27,584 nucleotides of DNA from Candidatus Heimdallarchaeota archaeon. Its GTDB lineage: Archaea > Asgardarchaeota > Heimdallarchaeia > Heimdallarchaeales > Kariarchaeaceae. The stretch lies in the NCBI GenBank assembly GCA_015523565.1, contig WAKA01000048.1:1-27584 (forward strand), written 5' to 3'. The position numbers and the translations under genes are program-made. Below are positions 7,148 through 15,991 of the stretch, piece by piece. The notes beneath the pieces were generated by a model. The model made no database searches and was not told the DNA's origin. It worked only from the letters and a program-made list of their open reading frames with translations. The stretch's first letter is position 1. Every line of letters begins with the position of its first letter.

Positions 7148-8614
7148 TTATTTTTGATTGAATTTATACTGAGACAATTTTGGGAGGATAAAAATTAATA
7201 TCAATACAACTAACATGAGTGGTGGAAATGGGGATTCTGAAACACTGCTTGACGAAGATTGAACAGACGTATCATTGGCAGTTGATTGATTTGCGGTAGT
7301 GGTTGAGAATGTATTATTTGAAATATTTGATGAGATGGAATTTTCACTTGTCGTGATGTTTGTTGTAGGGTTATCAGGGATAAATTGAACACCTAACTCA
7401 TAAGTTGTATTTTCGCTGTTGGTATTGATCTGAACATAATAGTTTCCTGCATCAATGTTTACATTATCTTTGAAAGAGTTGCCAAAGCCGCCAAATTCTA
7501 AAATATTTGAGCTTATAGCCACTGACCCTTGAAAAACATCTATTGTGACAAAGGGAGTAAGGTCTTCAGTAGAGATAATTGTAAGATTGAGATTAAGAAT
7601 TCCAGGTTCGGAAACACTGAATGAATAAGTATCTGTGAAATCAACCAAGTTCATTTCATTGATCCAGCCCAATCCAATGGTTCCTTGATATATCCCATTT
7701 GGTTGAATAGAGACATCCCCATCATTATTTGCATCGTCACCGCTTCCTGCATCGTTTTGTTTAGGAAGTGATTGTTCTGTAAAAGTCAATGTAAACTGAT
7801 AAGAAACATTTTTGCCGACAAGTTCAAAGATATCAAGAAGATATGTTCCTGCATCTCCGATTGGCGCATTGAAATTATTTTCCCCTTCTTTTCCATTCTT
7901 TGAGTATATCAAACTGTAATCAATGGACTCAATGTAGACCAGTGAAGAAGGGGTAGTTCCATTAAACACAATACTGACATGTAAATATCCTTCTGATGGA
8001 AGAGAAACTTGGAAAACATCATTGATATCCTCTTCTCCAAAAACATCAACGTGACCCAAACCAATAGTGCCATAATAAGTTGAATTTAATTGTACAGTGA
8101 CAGGGTTGTAAAATCCTGCATCCTCTCCACTTTCTGCATCATTTTGTGAATATTCTCCAAAGAACCATGAAACAGAAAAATTATAGGATACAAATTCACT
8201 GAAAGTGTCAATGTGAAAAAATGCAGTGCCATTTGAAATTATTGGTATGGTAAAATTGTTGGATAACATTTGCTCATTAAGAGAATCAGCACCAACAGAA
8301 TGACCATTCTGCTCTATTGCAAAATTAAGCCAGAAATATTCACTTGCATCAGTTACATTTATTGTTACAAAGAGGTAACCTTCCGTAATGTTGAATGCAA
8401 AATAATCATCATAATCTCCATTACCTTCAGCATTAGATAAAGTAGAGCCAACAATACCAGAATAAGTCTTGTTCAACTGTATTGGCAAAAGAGTATCAGA
8501 ATTATCTGGAGCATCAGCACCAGACCCTGCGTCATTCTGTGCGGCTTGTGCAGTAACATTACCAATTGAGAGTGATGAAAGGATTAGAAGCATTAACAGT
8601 ATATTTTTCACCAT
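7148..8614 (-). CDS. Secreted, membrane-anchored surface protein with three PPC-like beta-sandwich repeats
   Basis: Signal peptide MVKNILLMLLILSSLSIGNVTAQA (ATG at 8614). Three ~130-aa units each start QNDAxSGxDA and contain YxGxxG...DxxDx[YF]. These are followed by an S/T/N-rich stalk with many N-x-S/T sequons and an SPF-hydrophobic-basic C-terminus. Confidence 0.8.
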   Translation of the reverse strand: MVKNILLMLLILSSLSIGNVTAQAAQNDAGSGADAPDNSDTLLPIQLNKTYSGIVGSTLSNAEGNGDYDDYFAFNITEGYLFVTINVTDASEYFWLNFAIEQNGHSVGADSLNEQMLSNNFTIPIISNGTAFFHIDTFSEFVSYNFSVSWFFGEYSQNDAESGEDAGFYNPVTVQLNSTYYGTIGLGHVDVFGEEDINDVFQVSLPSEGYLHVSIVFNGTTPSSLVYIESIDYSLIYSKNGKEGENNFNAPIGDAGTYLLDIFELVGKNVSYQFTLTFTEQSLPKQNDAGSGDDANNDGDVSIQPNGIYQGTIGLGWINEMNLVDFTDTYSFSVSEPGILNLNLTIISTEDLTPFVTIDVFQGSVAISSNILEFGGFGNSFKDNVNIDAGNYYVQINTNSENTTYELGVQFIPDNPTTNITTSENSISSNISNNTFSTTTANQSTANDTSVQSSSSSVSESPFPPLMLVVLILIFILPKLSQYKFNQK

Positions 8615-8749
8615 ACTATTTACCACACGAACAAACAGATTATTTAAATGTTGAGATATTACACTACAGATTATTGAAAAAGACAAGATACGTGGATCAA
8701 TTCAGGAGAAATATTGTGTCAAATAATGCAAGAAAGAATTTTCATAGAA

Positions 8750-9223
8750 TTAATCAGGGATGTCAAAGTCGATATCCGTTTGGGCTTCTTCTTTCTGTTT
8801 AATATAATCTTCCCACAGTTGCCTTGAAACATAAATTGGTGCATCATTTATTACCGCAAGAAGGGTGGCATGGCTTGGAATCATTGAAAATGATATGGTT
8901 TGGGAAAATCCTTCAGGTTGAAGCCAAATAGTTGCCTGATAGACACCTGTTCCAGGTACAACTGAATCAATTTCAACTTTTTCTACAACCGCAAGCTGAC
9001 CGACGAGATCATGGATGCGAAGTCTGGAATCAGGTGATTCTTGTCCACTTTGATAGGCAGATATCGTGATGGCAATTTCCAATGGGATCATGCTCATAAT
9101 GAAATCACTGCCATTTCTCAGAATGAATCTAAGGAAGGGCAATGTCCGTTGGTTCATGATTTGGTCAGATTGAGCAAGTGTGAGAACTTGAATATCGTCG
9201 ACAAGTATGAAATCGTCGGTCAT
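8750..9223 (-). CDS. Bifunctional nuclease family (DUF151) protein, divergent
   Basis: RLRIHDL resembles RPxTHDL. Also VEKVEID, GVYQATIWL, and IPSHATLLAVINDAPIYV, which resembles RPSDAIALA...PIYV. Confidence 0.75.
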   Translation of the reverse strand: MTDDFILVDDIQVLTLAQSDQIMNQRTLPFLRFILRNGSDFIMSMIPLEIAITISAYQSGQESPDSRLRIHDLVGQLAVVEKVEIDSVVPGTGVYQATIWLQPEGFSQTISFSMIPSHATLLAVINDAPIYVSRQLWEDYIKQKEEAQTDIDFDIPD

Positions 9224-9306
9224 GTTATGTTATAAGATTCGGGAATTCATTGAAAAGGTTTCTCTTTTGAGTAAAATTTGCGGTTAAAGAAAAGAGCAAG
9301 AAATTC

Positions 9307-10200
9307 CTAGTTTTCAGACAGGAGATTTTGCATTACAGGAATAATTTCATCAGGAGTATCCGCAGCAATATAAGAGATTGCTTCAATCCCCAATGCGGGT
9401 TTGCCAAGGAAAATTGAGGGGGTGAGAATTTTGGATTTTTCAAGTTTTTTGGTGATTTGTCTGACGGGAGTCGTATCAAATGAAATATCAAAAATATTGG
9501 GAAATTTCATATTTGGAATTGTTTTTATTGAAATGATGGCTTTTATATTGGGATTGAATTTTTTCAGGAGGAGCAAAATTTTTGCGGAATGGGTTGATGC
9601 CCCAAATTCAGGTGAGGAGAAAATGAGTTTGTTTCGATGCCTCCTGATACGACCAGGGAAAGCGGCAATATCCAAAGGACTTTCAGCATTTTCCAAAGCA
9701 TAGGCAAACTGCATCCCTATTTCAGGAATGAGTTTTTCAATTTGGTTTATTTCACTTACCTTTTGAATTGACCGCGACAATGAAGTCAAAACATGATAGC
9801 GATCATGCTTGATCAATTCAATGGTTGTACTGGTACATGCAGTACATCCTATGTTTTTGAGTTCGGGTGCGATAGAATAATGCAATGTGCAGGTGGGACC
9901 ACTAATTCGGAGGATCTTGCATGTTTTGCAAATATTGGCGATAGCTTGGGCAGTTCCATCCTTTCCCTTGACAAGCAGAATTTCTGCAATGTCCTTGCCT
10001 ATTTGCTTAGATAGGGTATTGAAGATTGCGGTTTCATTTTTTTCTTGTTTCTTGAGTAGAGAACTGACCCTTCCTTGAGATATTTTCAGCAAGTCAGATA
10101 TTTCTGTTTGGGTCAGTCCCTTTTTGTGGAGATATTTTACAGCATAGAATCTGACTTTAGCAAGAAATGGTTCTGAAATGATTTCACATGGCAATTTCAT
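9307..10200 (-). CDS. thiR: ThiR-type thiamine-phosphate-responsive regulator (HTH + ThiN-like domain)
   Basis: MKLPCE...GLTQTEISDLLKISQGRVS HTH, a Cys/His linker (CKTC, CTLH, CTAC), and the ThiN motifs LIPEIGMQFAYA, AAFPGRI, PEFGASTH. Divergent from thiBPQ. Confidence 0.85.
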   Translation of the reverse strand: MKLPCEIISEPFLAKVRFYAVKYLHKKGLTQTEISDLLKISQGRVSSLLKKQEKNETAIFNTLSKQIGKDIAEILLVKGKDGTAQAIANICKTCKILRISGPTCTLHYSIAPELKNIGCTACTSTTIELIKHDRYHVLTSLSRSIQKVSEINQIEKLIPEIGMQFAYALENAESPLDIAAFPGRIRRHRNKLIFSSPEFGASTHSAKILLLLKKFNPNIKAIISIKTIPNMKFPNIFDISFDTTPVRQITKKLEKSKILTPSIFLGKPALGIEAISYIAADTPDEIIPVMQNLLSEN

Positions 10201-10221
10201 TGGGCATCAACAAAGGGATTG

Positions 10222-10253
10222 ATTATTATGGGGTAATATAACACTATAATAAT
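10222..10253. promoter_or_regulatory. Imperfect 32-bp palindrome, candidate ThiR operator in the divergent promoter
   Basis: ATTATTAT-GGGGTAATATAACACT-ATAATAAT has perfect 8-bp outer arms, and 13 of 16 positions pair. It is near the centre of the 83-bp thiR/thiB gap. Confidence 0.55.
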
Positions 10254-10283
10254 GTTCTTTATGGATTTTTCAAATGTTTCCAT

Positions 10284-11474
10284 ATGCATACAGCAAAATT
10301 AACGACAATGTTAGGGATTGCTTTGTTTCTCTTATCAATAGGTATGCCTGTACCACAGGCTCAGAATGACAAGTTGGTGATATATACCTATGATTCATTG
10401 CTAGCAGATCCAGGATATGATTTTGTTGGTAACTTTTCACAATTTGCAGGCATACCCAAGGAAAACATCAAAGTGGTAAAATTTGAGGATGCAGGAAGCA
10501 TTTTGACTCGTGCAATAGCAGAGAAAGATTCACCAGTTGCAGATGTATTGATAGGTATTGACAACGTCATGGTTCATCAAGCGCGTGCAGCGGGGATTTT
10601 AGAGGCATATAAGCCAAATGGTGCAGAAAATTTACGACAAGATCTTATTGAAAGTCTTGCATCAGACTACTTGTTGACCCCTTATGATTATGGGGTTTTC
10701 GCCGTTTGGTATGATGAAAGTCGTTTTTCAGGATTTGGGAATAATTTTTCCTTGGATGCCTTGCGTAATCCAGAGGTTGCGAGTAAATTGGTGGTGGAGA
10801 ATCCACAGATTTCGTCAGTCGGACTTGGATTTTTGCTTTGGTCAATTGCAGAATATGGGGCAACTGCCCTTGGGAATAGTTCAGATACTTGGCTTGACTT
10901 TTGGAGTGATTTGGCAAAAAATGATGCAAGATTGACGCCAAGTTGGGGAGATGCATTGGATTTGTTTTTTGATGCGAAAGCAAACCGGAGCATAATGATC
11001 TCATACACAACAAGTCCAGCATATGGGCAATGCAATTATGGAGAGGATACAACAAATGCGATAGTGTCTAAAAAGGAAGGGAAGTATACAGGATGGTTCC
11101 AAATTGAGGGACTTGGCATCACAAAAGGCTCATCCAACAAGGATCTTGCCAAAAAGTTTGTTGACTGGTTTATCAGTGATGAGTTACAATCCCAGATTTA
11201 TGGCAATCAATACATGTATCCTGCCTTGGAAACTGTAGAAACTCCACAATGCTATGTAGATTCAACAATCAGCAAGGACGACATTGTCCCATTGAATTCG
11301 AAGATCTCAGGAGAGTTAATTAACCAGACACTTGACACATGGTTGGCAGAATGGGAAGAGACATGGGCAAATGCAACCTCAAATGGAGTTCCAGGCTTTT
11401 CATTTTATTTGTCAATCTCGTCAATCATTGCAATCGTTCTTATTGCTAGAAGAAAAAAAGTGTTAAAGGCATAA
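10284..11474 (+). CDS. thiB: Thiamine ABC transporter substrate-binding protein with C-terminal PGF-type anchor
   Basis: LVIYTYDS, DAG, ADVLIGIDN, PYDYG, SSVGLGFLLW, SYTTSPAY, QIEG, NQYMYP. Has a signal peptide and a VPGF-TM-RRKK tail. Confidence 0.92.
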   Translation: MHTAKLTTMLGIALFLLSIGMPVPQAQNDKLVIYTYDSLLADPGYDFVGNFSQFAGIPKENIKVVKFEDAGSILTRAIAEKDSPVADVLIGIDNVMVHQARAAGILEAYKPNGAENLRQDLIESLASDYLLTPYDYGVFAVWYDESRFSGFGNNFSLDALRNPEVASKLVVENPQISSVGLGFLLWSIAEYGATALGNSSDTWLDFWSDLAKNDARLTPSWGDALDLFFDAKANRSIMISYTTSPAYGQCNYGEDTTNAIVSKKEGKYTGWFQIEGLGITKGSSNKDLAKKFVDWFISDELQSQIYGNQYMYPALETVETPQCYVDSTISKDDIVPLNSKISGELINQTLDTWLAEWEETWANATSNGVPGFSFYLSISSIIAIVLIARRKKVLKA

Positions 11475-11487
11475 ACTCGAACGTGAA

Positions 11488-13101
11488 ATGATTATGAAAT
11501 TAGGCGGGCAATTCTGGCTTTTTCCGCCACTGGTTTTTTTCTTGGCGTTTTATTATTTACCGTTGTTCATGGTGTTCGAAATAGCAATGAGTTCCATGTT
11601 TGCATGGCAGAAGGTTCTTGCATCATCCCTTTTCACAAGATTTTTTCTGTTTACAATATACCAAGCAATCATGACGACGATTTTTGCAGGGGTTATTGGA
11701 ACCGTTGCAGGATATGCATTGGCACATGGTAAACCCTATGGGAAACGTATCTTGTCACCAGCCCTGACAGTACCGTTTTTGTTGCCACCCATATCCATCT
11801 TAGTGGGGTTTGTTTTGTTTTTTGAGCCAGGAGGGATTTTGACATCATTGTTTGGCTTGAAATTTGAGGTATTTGGAAATCCATGGGCAATTATCCTTGC
11901 GCACACATTGTATAATATATCTGTTTTTGCAAAAATGACGGAAAGTGCATTCAAGACGGAACCTGGAGATCTTCACTTGATTGGAGAGATGCAAGGGGCA
12001 AATTTCTGGAGACGGTTAAAGACCATTACGTTACCCTATGTTTACCCAACAATTCTTGCGGCATCATTGATCACATTCCTTTATGCATTCAACAGTTTTG
12101 CCATTGTTTTGTTGATTGGCGAGGTAAAATATCAAACCTTGGAGGTGATGATTTACATTCGAACAAGGTTGAGACTGGATTTCATGTCAGGAGCAGTAAT
12201 TAGCATAATTCAATTGCTTATCAACATGATTGTGGTAGTGTTGTATCTAAGATATTCAAGGAAAGAAGGAGCTGAAACAGAAGGGGGTGAATATTATCAG
12301 CCAATTGCAACACGATCCATACGATTGGCATCAACAGCATTCATATTGTTTATCTTGATATTAACGTGGTTTCCGATCATATCAACCTTCATTAAGTTTT
12401 TCCAAAGTTATGAGCATGCGACAACAATACAAAGAAAGCAATTACTTTCAGGCACATTCGATTATCTTCTTGGCACAAGTCCTTTGAGAGTTATCATGAA
12501 TACCATTGGTTTTGCCATTTCAACAGGAATTATCGGGATTTCCATTGCAGTCATGATTGTTTTATTTTTGCAATCAAGTCATTCAGAATTGAACCAATAT
12601 CTCATTTCATTTTTCACAATTTTGCCGATGGCAACTTCAGGGATTACAATAAGCTTTGCCATTTTACTTCTTTTTGGATCAGATCGTAATTTCAGCAGTC
12701 TTGTCTGGATTTTCATATTGGCGGCCCACTTACTTGCGGCATTGCCATTTGTTATTCGGTCAGTGCTTACTTCATATGGTTATGTACCTGAAGAGATGTT
12801 GGGGGTCTCAGAAATGCTTGGAGCAGATGCCGTGCGTACATTTCGAAAGATTGTGTATCCATTCATAAAGAAATCATTGACAGTTGCATTCCTGTTTGCA
12901 TCAGCAATTTCTGTAGGAGAGTTTGGGGCAACATACTATCTATCAAGGGGGGAGTGGATAACAGTGTCTACAGCCATAGGGAAATTGTTCAATTCCAGAT
13001 ATACTATGTTGCCATTGTTTTTCGCGAGTTTGCTTTCACTATTGGCTCTTTCGCTGTTTATGATTATAGAGGGATTTGGGGAATTCGATCTAAAGGTGTG
13101 A
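11488..13101 (+). CDS. thiP: Thiamine ABC transporter permease (duplicated TM module)
   Basis: Polytopic membrane protein with ILAHTLYN, two EAA-like loops (QGANFWRRLKTITLP, LGADAVRTFRKIVYP) and SVGEFGAT. Lies between thiB and the ATPase. Confidence 0.88.
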   Translation: MIMKLGGQFWLFPPLVFFLAFYYLPLFMVFEIAMSSMFAWQKVLASSLFTRFFLFTIYQAIMTTIFAGVIGTVAGYALAHGKPYGKRILSPALTVPFLLPPISILVGFVLFFEPGGILTSLFGLKFEVFGNPWAIILAHTLYNISVFAKMTESAFKTEPGDLHLIGEMQGANFWRRLKTITLPYVYPTILAASLITFLYAFNSFAIVLLIGEVKYQTLEVMIYIRTRLRLDFMSGAVISIIQLLINMIVVVLYLRYSRKEGAETEGGEYYQPIATRSIRLASTAFILFILILTWFPIISTFIKFFQSYEHATTIQRKQLLSGTFDYLLGTSPLRVIMNTIGFAISTGIIGISIAVMIVLFLQSSHSELNQYLISFFTILPMATSGITISFAILLLFGSDRNFSSLVWIFILAAHLLAALPFVIRSVLTSYGYVPEEMLGVSEMLGADAVRTFRKIVYPFIKKSLTVAFLFASAISVGEFGATYYLSRGEWITVSTAIGKLFNSRYTMLPLFFASLLSLLALSLFMIIEGFGEFDLKV

Positions 13102-13105
13102 GATT

Positions 13106-14110
13106 ATGCTGGAAATAAGAGACCTTCATATTTCATTTGGCGACAAGCACGTAATAAGAGGTTTTAGTACATCCATACCAAATGGCAAGATTGGAGTTCT
13201 GCTTGGCAGATCGGGATCGGGAAAAAGTACAATTCTGAAAATGATAACAGGAATGCTGAATCCAGATTATGGTGAAATTCTTGTTGATGGAATAAACATA
13301 GTTGGTACGCCAATTAGCAAGAGAGGGTTGGGGTTTGTTCCCCAACATCAATTACTTTTTCCAGGATTGAATGTATTTGAGAATTTGGCATATGGATTGA
13401 AATCCCAGAAATGGGGGAGAGAAGAAATAAAGAGGAGAGTAAGTGAAATTGCGGAACTTGTCGGAGTCGACCATCTTTTACGACGGCATCCACGAAATCT
13501 TTCAGGAGGGGAAAGGCAACGTGTTGCACTAGGAAGGGCATTGGCCACCTATCCAAAGATTTTACTAATGGATGAGCCGTTCAGTTCCCTTGACGAGTCA
13601 GAAAGAAAAAAGCTGGCATTGGTCTTTAGGCAAATCCAGCAGGAATTGGGAATAACATCGGTACATGTAACCCATTCGTCTCAGGAAGCCGCACTGCTTT
13701 CCGATAAGATTGTTGTATTGGAAAATGGGGTTGTTGTTCAAGAAGGTAATTATCGGGAGGTTAGGAGATTCCCAAAATCAAAAACAGTGGCAAAACTGAT
13801 GGGCATTCCGAATATACTAGAAAATGAGAGCCAAGAAATAATTAAGGCATGGAAACTTGAACCAAAGGGAGAAGAGGAGAAATTCTTTCAAGTGAACCCA
13901 TGGGAATTGAAAAGGGGAAACATGGGTATTGAATGTAAGGTGATTGCAGTGACTGAGGGAATTGCTTTTCTCTATACAGATGGAAATTTCCTTTCAATGA
14001 TTGATGATTCTGGATTAAATGTTGGTCAGAAGATAAAGGTTGAAAGGCACCCTGAAAAAGAGGAAATTGGAAAAGTAAGTCAAATGCAGTCAAGGGTAGG
14101 CAAATTTTAA
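13106..14110 (+). CDS. thiQ: ABC transporter ATP-binding subunit (thiamine uptake by context)
   Basis: GRSGSGKS, LSGGERQR, LLMDEP, VTH. Confidence 0.88.
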   Translation: MLEIRDLHISFGDKHVIRGFSTSIPNGKIGVLLGRSGSGKSTILKMITGMLNPDYGEILVDGINIVGTPISKRGLGFVPQHQLLFPGLNVFENLAYGLKSQKWGREEIKRRVSEIAELVGVDHLLRRHPRNLSGGERQRVALGRALATYPKILLMDEPFSSLDESERKKLALVFRQIQQELGITSVHVTHSSQEAALLSDKIVVLENGVVVQEGNYREVRRFPKSKTVAKLMGIPNILENESQEIIKAWKLEPKGEEEKFFQVNPWELKRGNMGIECKVIAVTEGIAFLYTDGNFLSMIDDSGLNVGQKIKVERHPEKEEIGKVSQMQSRVGKF

Positions 14111-14137
14111 TAGCCAGAACATAAATGGGGACATGGC

Positions 14138-14881
14138 ATGGACATTCTAATTGTATCTCCTTTTGGAGGAATTGGCAGCACAATAACGTCATATTTTGTT
14201 TCCAATGGTCATAAGGTAATAGGAATTGGAGGAAGTCATTCAAAAGAAAGGAAAGAACAGTTTCAAATTTCGGATTTTGTTGAAACAGACTATTTTTCAA
14301 TAGAGAGCATGGACAATGCCTTTGCAAAAATAAGAGAGAAACACGAGAAGATAGATGCTTTTATTTTTCTTCCTGGCGGGAGTTTGTTTAGCAAGGCAAT
14401 AGGGGAAATCAAGATTCAAGATTTCAAGAGAGTAATTGAATTGAATTTAACTAGCGCCGTCGTATTGGGACAACATGCCTTTAATTGGATGAAAGGGACA
14501 GGAGGAGGAAACATGGTTTTTTATGGCTCAACGACGGGCCTGAAACCATCCAAAAAGAAAATGCCCTATGCAGTGTCCAAGGCGGGATTACATATGCTGT
14601 CAAAATCTTTTGCATTGGAGGGTGCCAGTTACAATATTCTCAGTAACGTAATTGCACCAGGATATGTAATGACAAAACGCCATATTGAAGAGCTCCATTC
14701 CAAAGCAAAAAAGTTAGGAAAAAGTTATGAGCAAATGTTAGAAAACCTGAAAAAGAAAAATCCACTTCAAGGATTACTTTATCCAGAGGATCTATGCGAA
14801 ATGACGGACAAATTGGTAAAAACAAGGAAGATAACAGGAGAAGTTATTTCAATAGATTTAGGACAAACTTCGTTGAATTAA
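14138..14881 (+). CDS. Classical SDR oxidoreductase with atypical N-terminal motif
   Basis: VSPFGGIG, catalytic YAVSK, NVIAPGYVMT, ITGEVISIDLG. Confidence 0.85.
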   Translation: MDILIVSPFGGIGSTITSYFVSNGHKVIGIGGSHSKERKEQFQISDFVETDYFSIESMDNAFAKIREKHEKIDAFIFLPGGSLFSKAIGEIKIQDFKRVIELNLTSAVVLGQHAFNWMKGTGGGNMVFYGSTTGLKPSKKKMPYAVSKAGLHMLSKSFALEGASYNILSNVIAPGYVMTKRHIEELHSKAKKLGKSYEQMLENLKKKNPLQGLLYPEDLCEMTDKLVKTRKITGEVISIDLGQTSLN

Positions 14882-14970
14882 AGAAGAATTGCATTATTTC
14901 CCAAATACATAAGTACATTTTGGAAAAAAAGACCCGAAATTAATATTACTTACAAAATTGAAGAACATTT

Positions 14971-15519
14971 ATGCTTCAATCCCGTCCAAAGTTTAATTTT
15001 AAGATTCTCCTGTTGGGAGACCCTGCAGTTGGAAAAACATCTTTAGTGACTAGATTTGTCCATGGGAAGTTTACGAAAGACTATTTAGTGACAGTCGGGA
15101 TGGAACCATATAGTCAACATGTAAAGATTGGGTCAACATCAATCACCTTGAATATATGGGATATTGCGGGTCAACAGGAATTTCAATCTCTCAGAACGTT
15201 ATTTTTTAAAGGGGCAAAGGCGACGGTATTGGTATTTGACTTGACACGGCGGGATACATTTGAGAACATCTATGATTGGCATCAGGAAAGTGATAAATCG
15301 GCAGGGAATCAATTTTTCCTATTGATAGGCAACAAGAACGATTTAAAAGACCAAAGAAAGGTCTATCGAAGGGAGGGAAATCAAATGGCAAGGGAATTGG
15401 ATAGGTGTATTGCCTATATCGAAACCTCAGCGTTGACGGGTCATCGGGTTGAAGAGGCATTTATCAAGCTTGGAACAAAGATCTTGGTATCAGAAGAGGA
15501 GAAATTAAGGCATATCTGA
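14971..15519 (+). CDS. Rab-like small GTPase (Ras superfamily, eukaryotic signature protein)
   Basis: G1 GDPAVGKT, G2 TVG, G3 WDIAGQ, G4 NKND, G5 ETSA. RabF-like motifs FQSLR, FFKGA, LVFDLT. No C-terminal Cys. Confidence 0.95.
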   Translation: MLQSRPKFNFKILLLGDPAVGKTSLVTRFVHGKFTKDYLVTVGMEPYSQHVKIGSTSITLNIWDIAGQQEFQSLRTLFFKGAKATVLVFDLTRRDTFENIYDWHQESDKSAGNQFFLLIGNKNDLKDQRKVYRREGNQMARELDRCIAYIETSALTGHRVEEAFIKLGTKILVSEEEKLRHI

Positions 15520-15933
15520 CCTGAGCATATCATCAAGTTCCTTTTTCAAGTCAACTTCAGAGAGTTTCACCCCGTAATCTTTAAGCAGGATTTGTTCAAA
15601 AAGGGAATAGTTTGGATCCATAAGGGATTTTGTCAATGGATCCTTTGGATCAAAAAACCTAGTGACTATATCAATGACAAGACTATGTGGGATTTCTGCA
15701 TCAACTGCCTTGGTGAATTCTCCTTTTTCATAAAAGGGAATGTCAATAATCCATTCAGTCATGGTTTTTCGGACAAACTGTATTGTTGCATCATTATTTT
15801 CATAAGTGAAACCCAAATAATTTTCTTTATTTGAAAGAGCAGTTTCTTGAGTGCGGATTAACTCAAGGGCTTCCTTTATGGTCAATGTCTCATGGTCTAT
15901 TTGGATTCCACGAGAATATCGATAGTATTGCAC
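15505..15933 (-). CDS. Hypothetical protein
   Basis: 142-aa ORF (GTG start) filling the gap, with globular alpha/beta composition. Confidence 0.7.
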   Translation of the reverse strand: MQYYRYSRGIQIDHETLTIKEALELIRTQETALSNKENYLGFTYENNDATIQFVRKTMTEWIIDIPFYEKGEFTKAVDAEIPHSLVIDIVTRFFDPKDPLTKSLMDPNYSLFEQILLKDYGVKLSEVDLKKELDDMLRSDMP

Positions 15934-15991
15934 TAATTTATTATAGATTTAAAAGTACATAAACTTACTTTAATAATTTCCGGAAATGAAA

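Noticed and set aside
8615-8686. N-terminal extension of the 512-aa ORF
   Set aside because: The signal peptide begins at the ATG at 8614.
10201-10283. TPP riboswitch upstream of thiB
   Set aside because: The gap is short and AT-rich, and lacks the CUGAGA and other conserved aptamer motifs.
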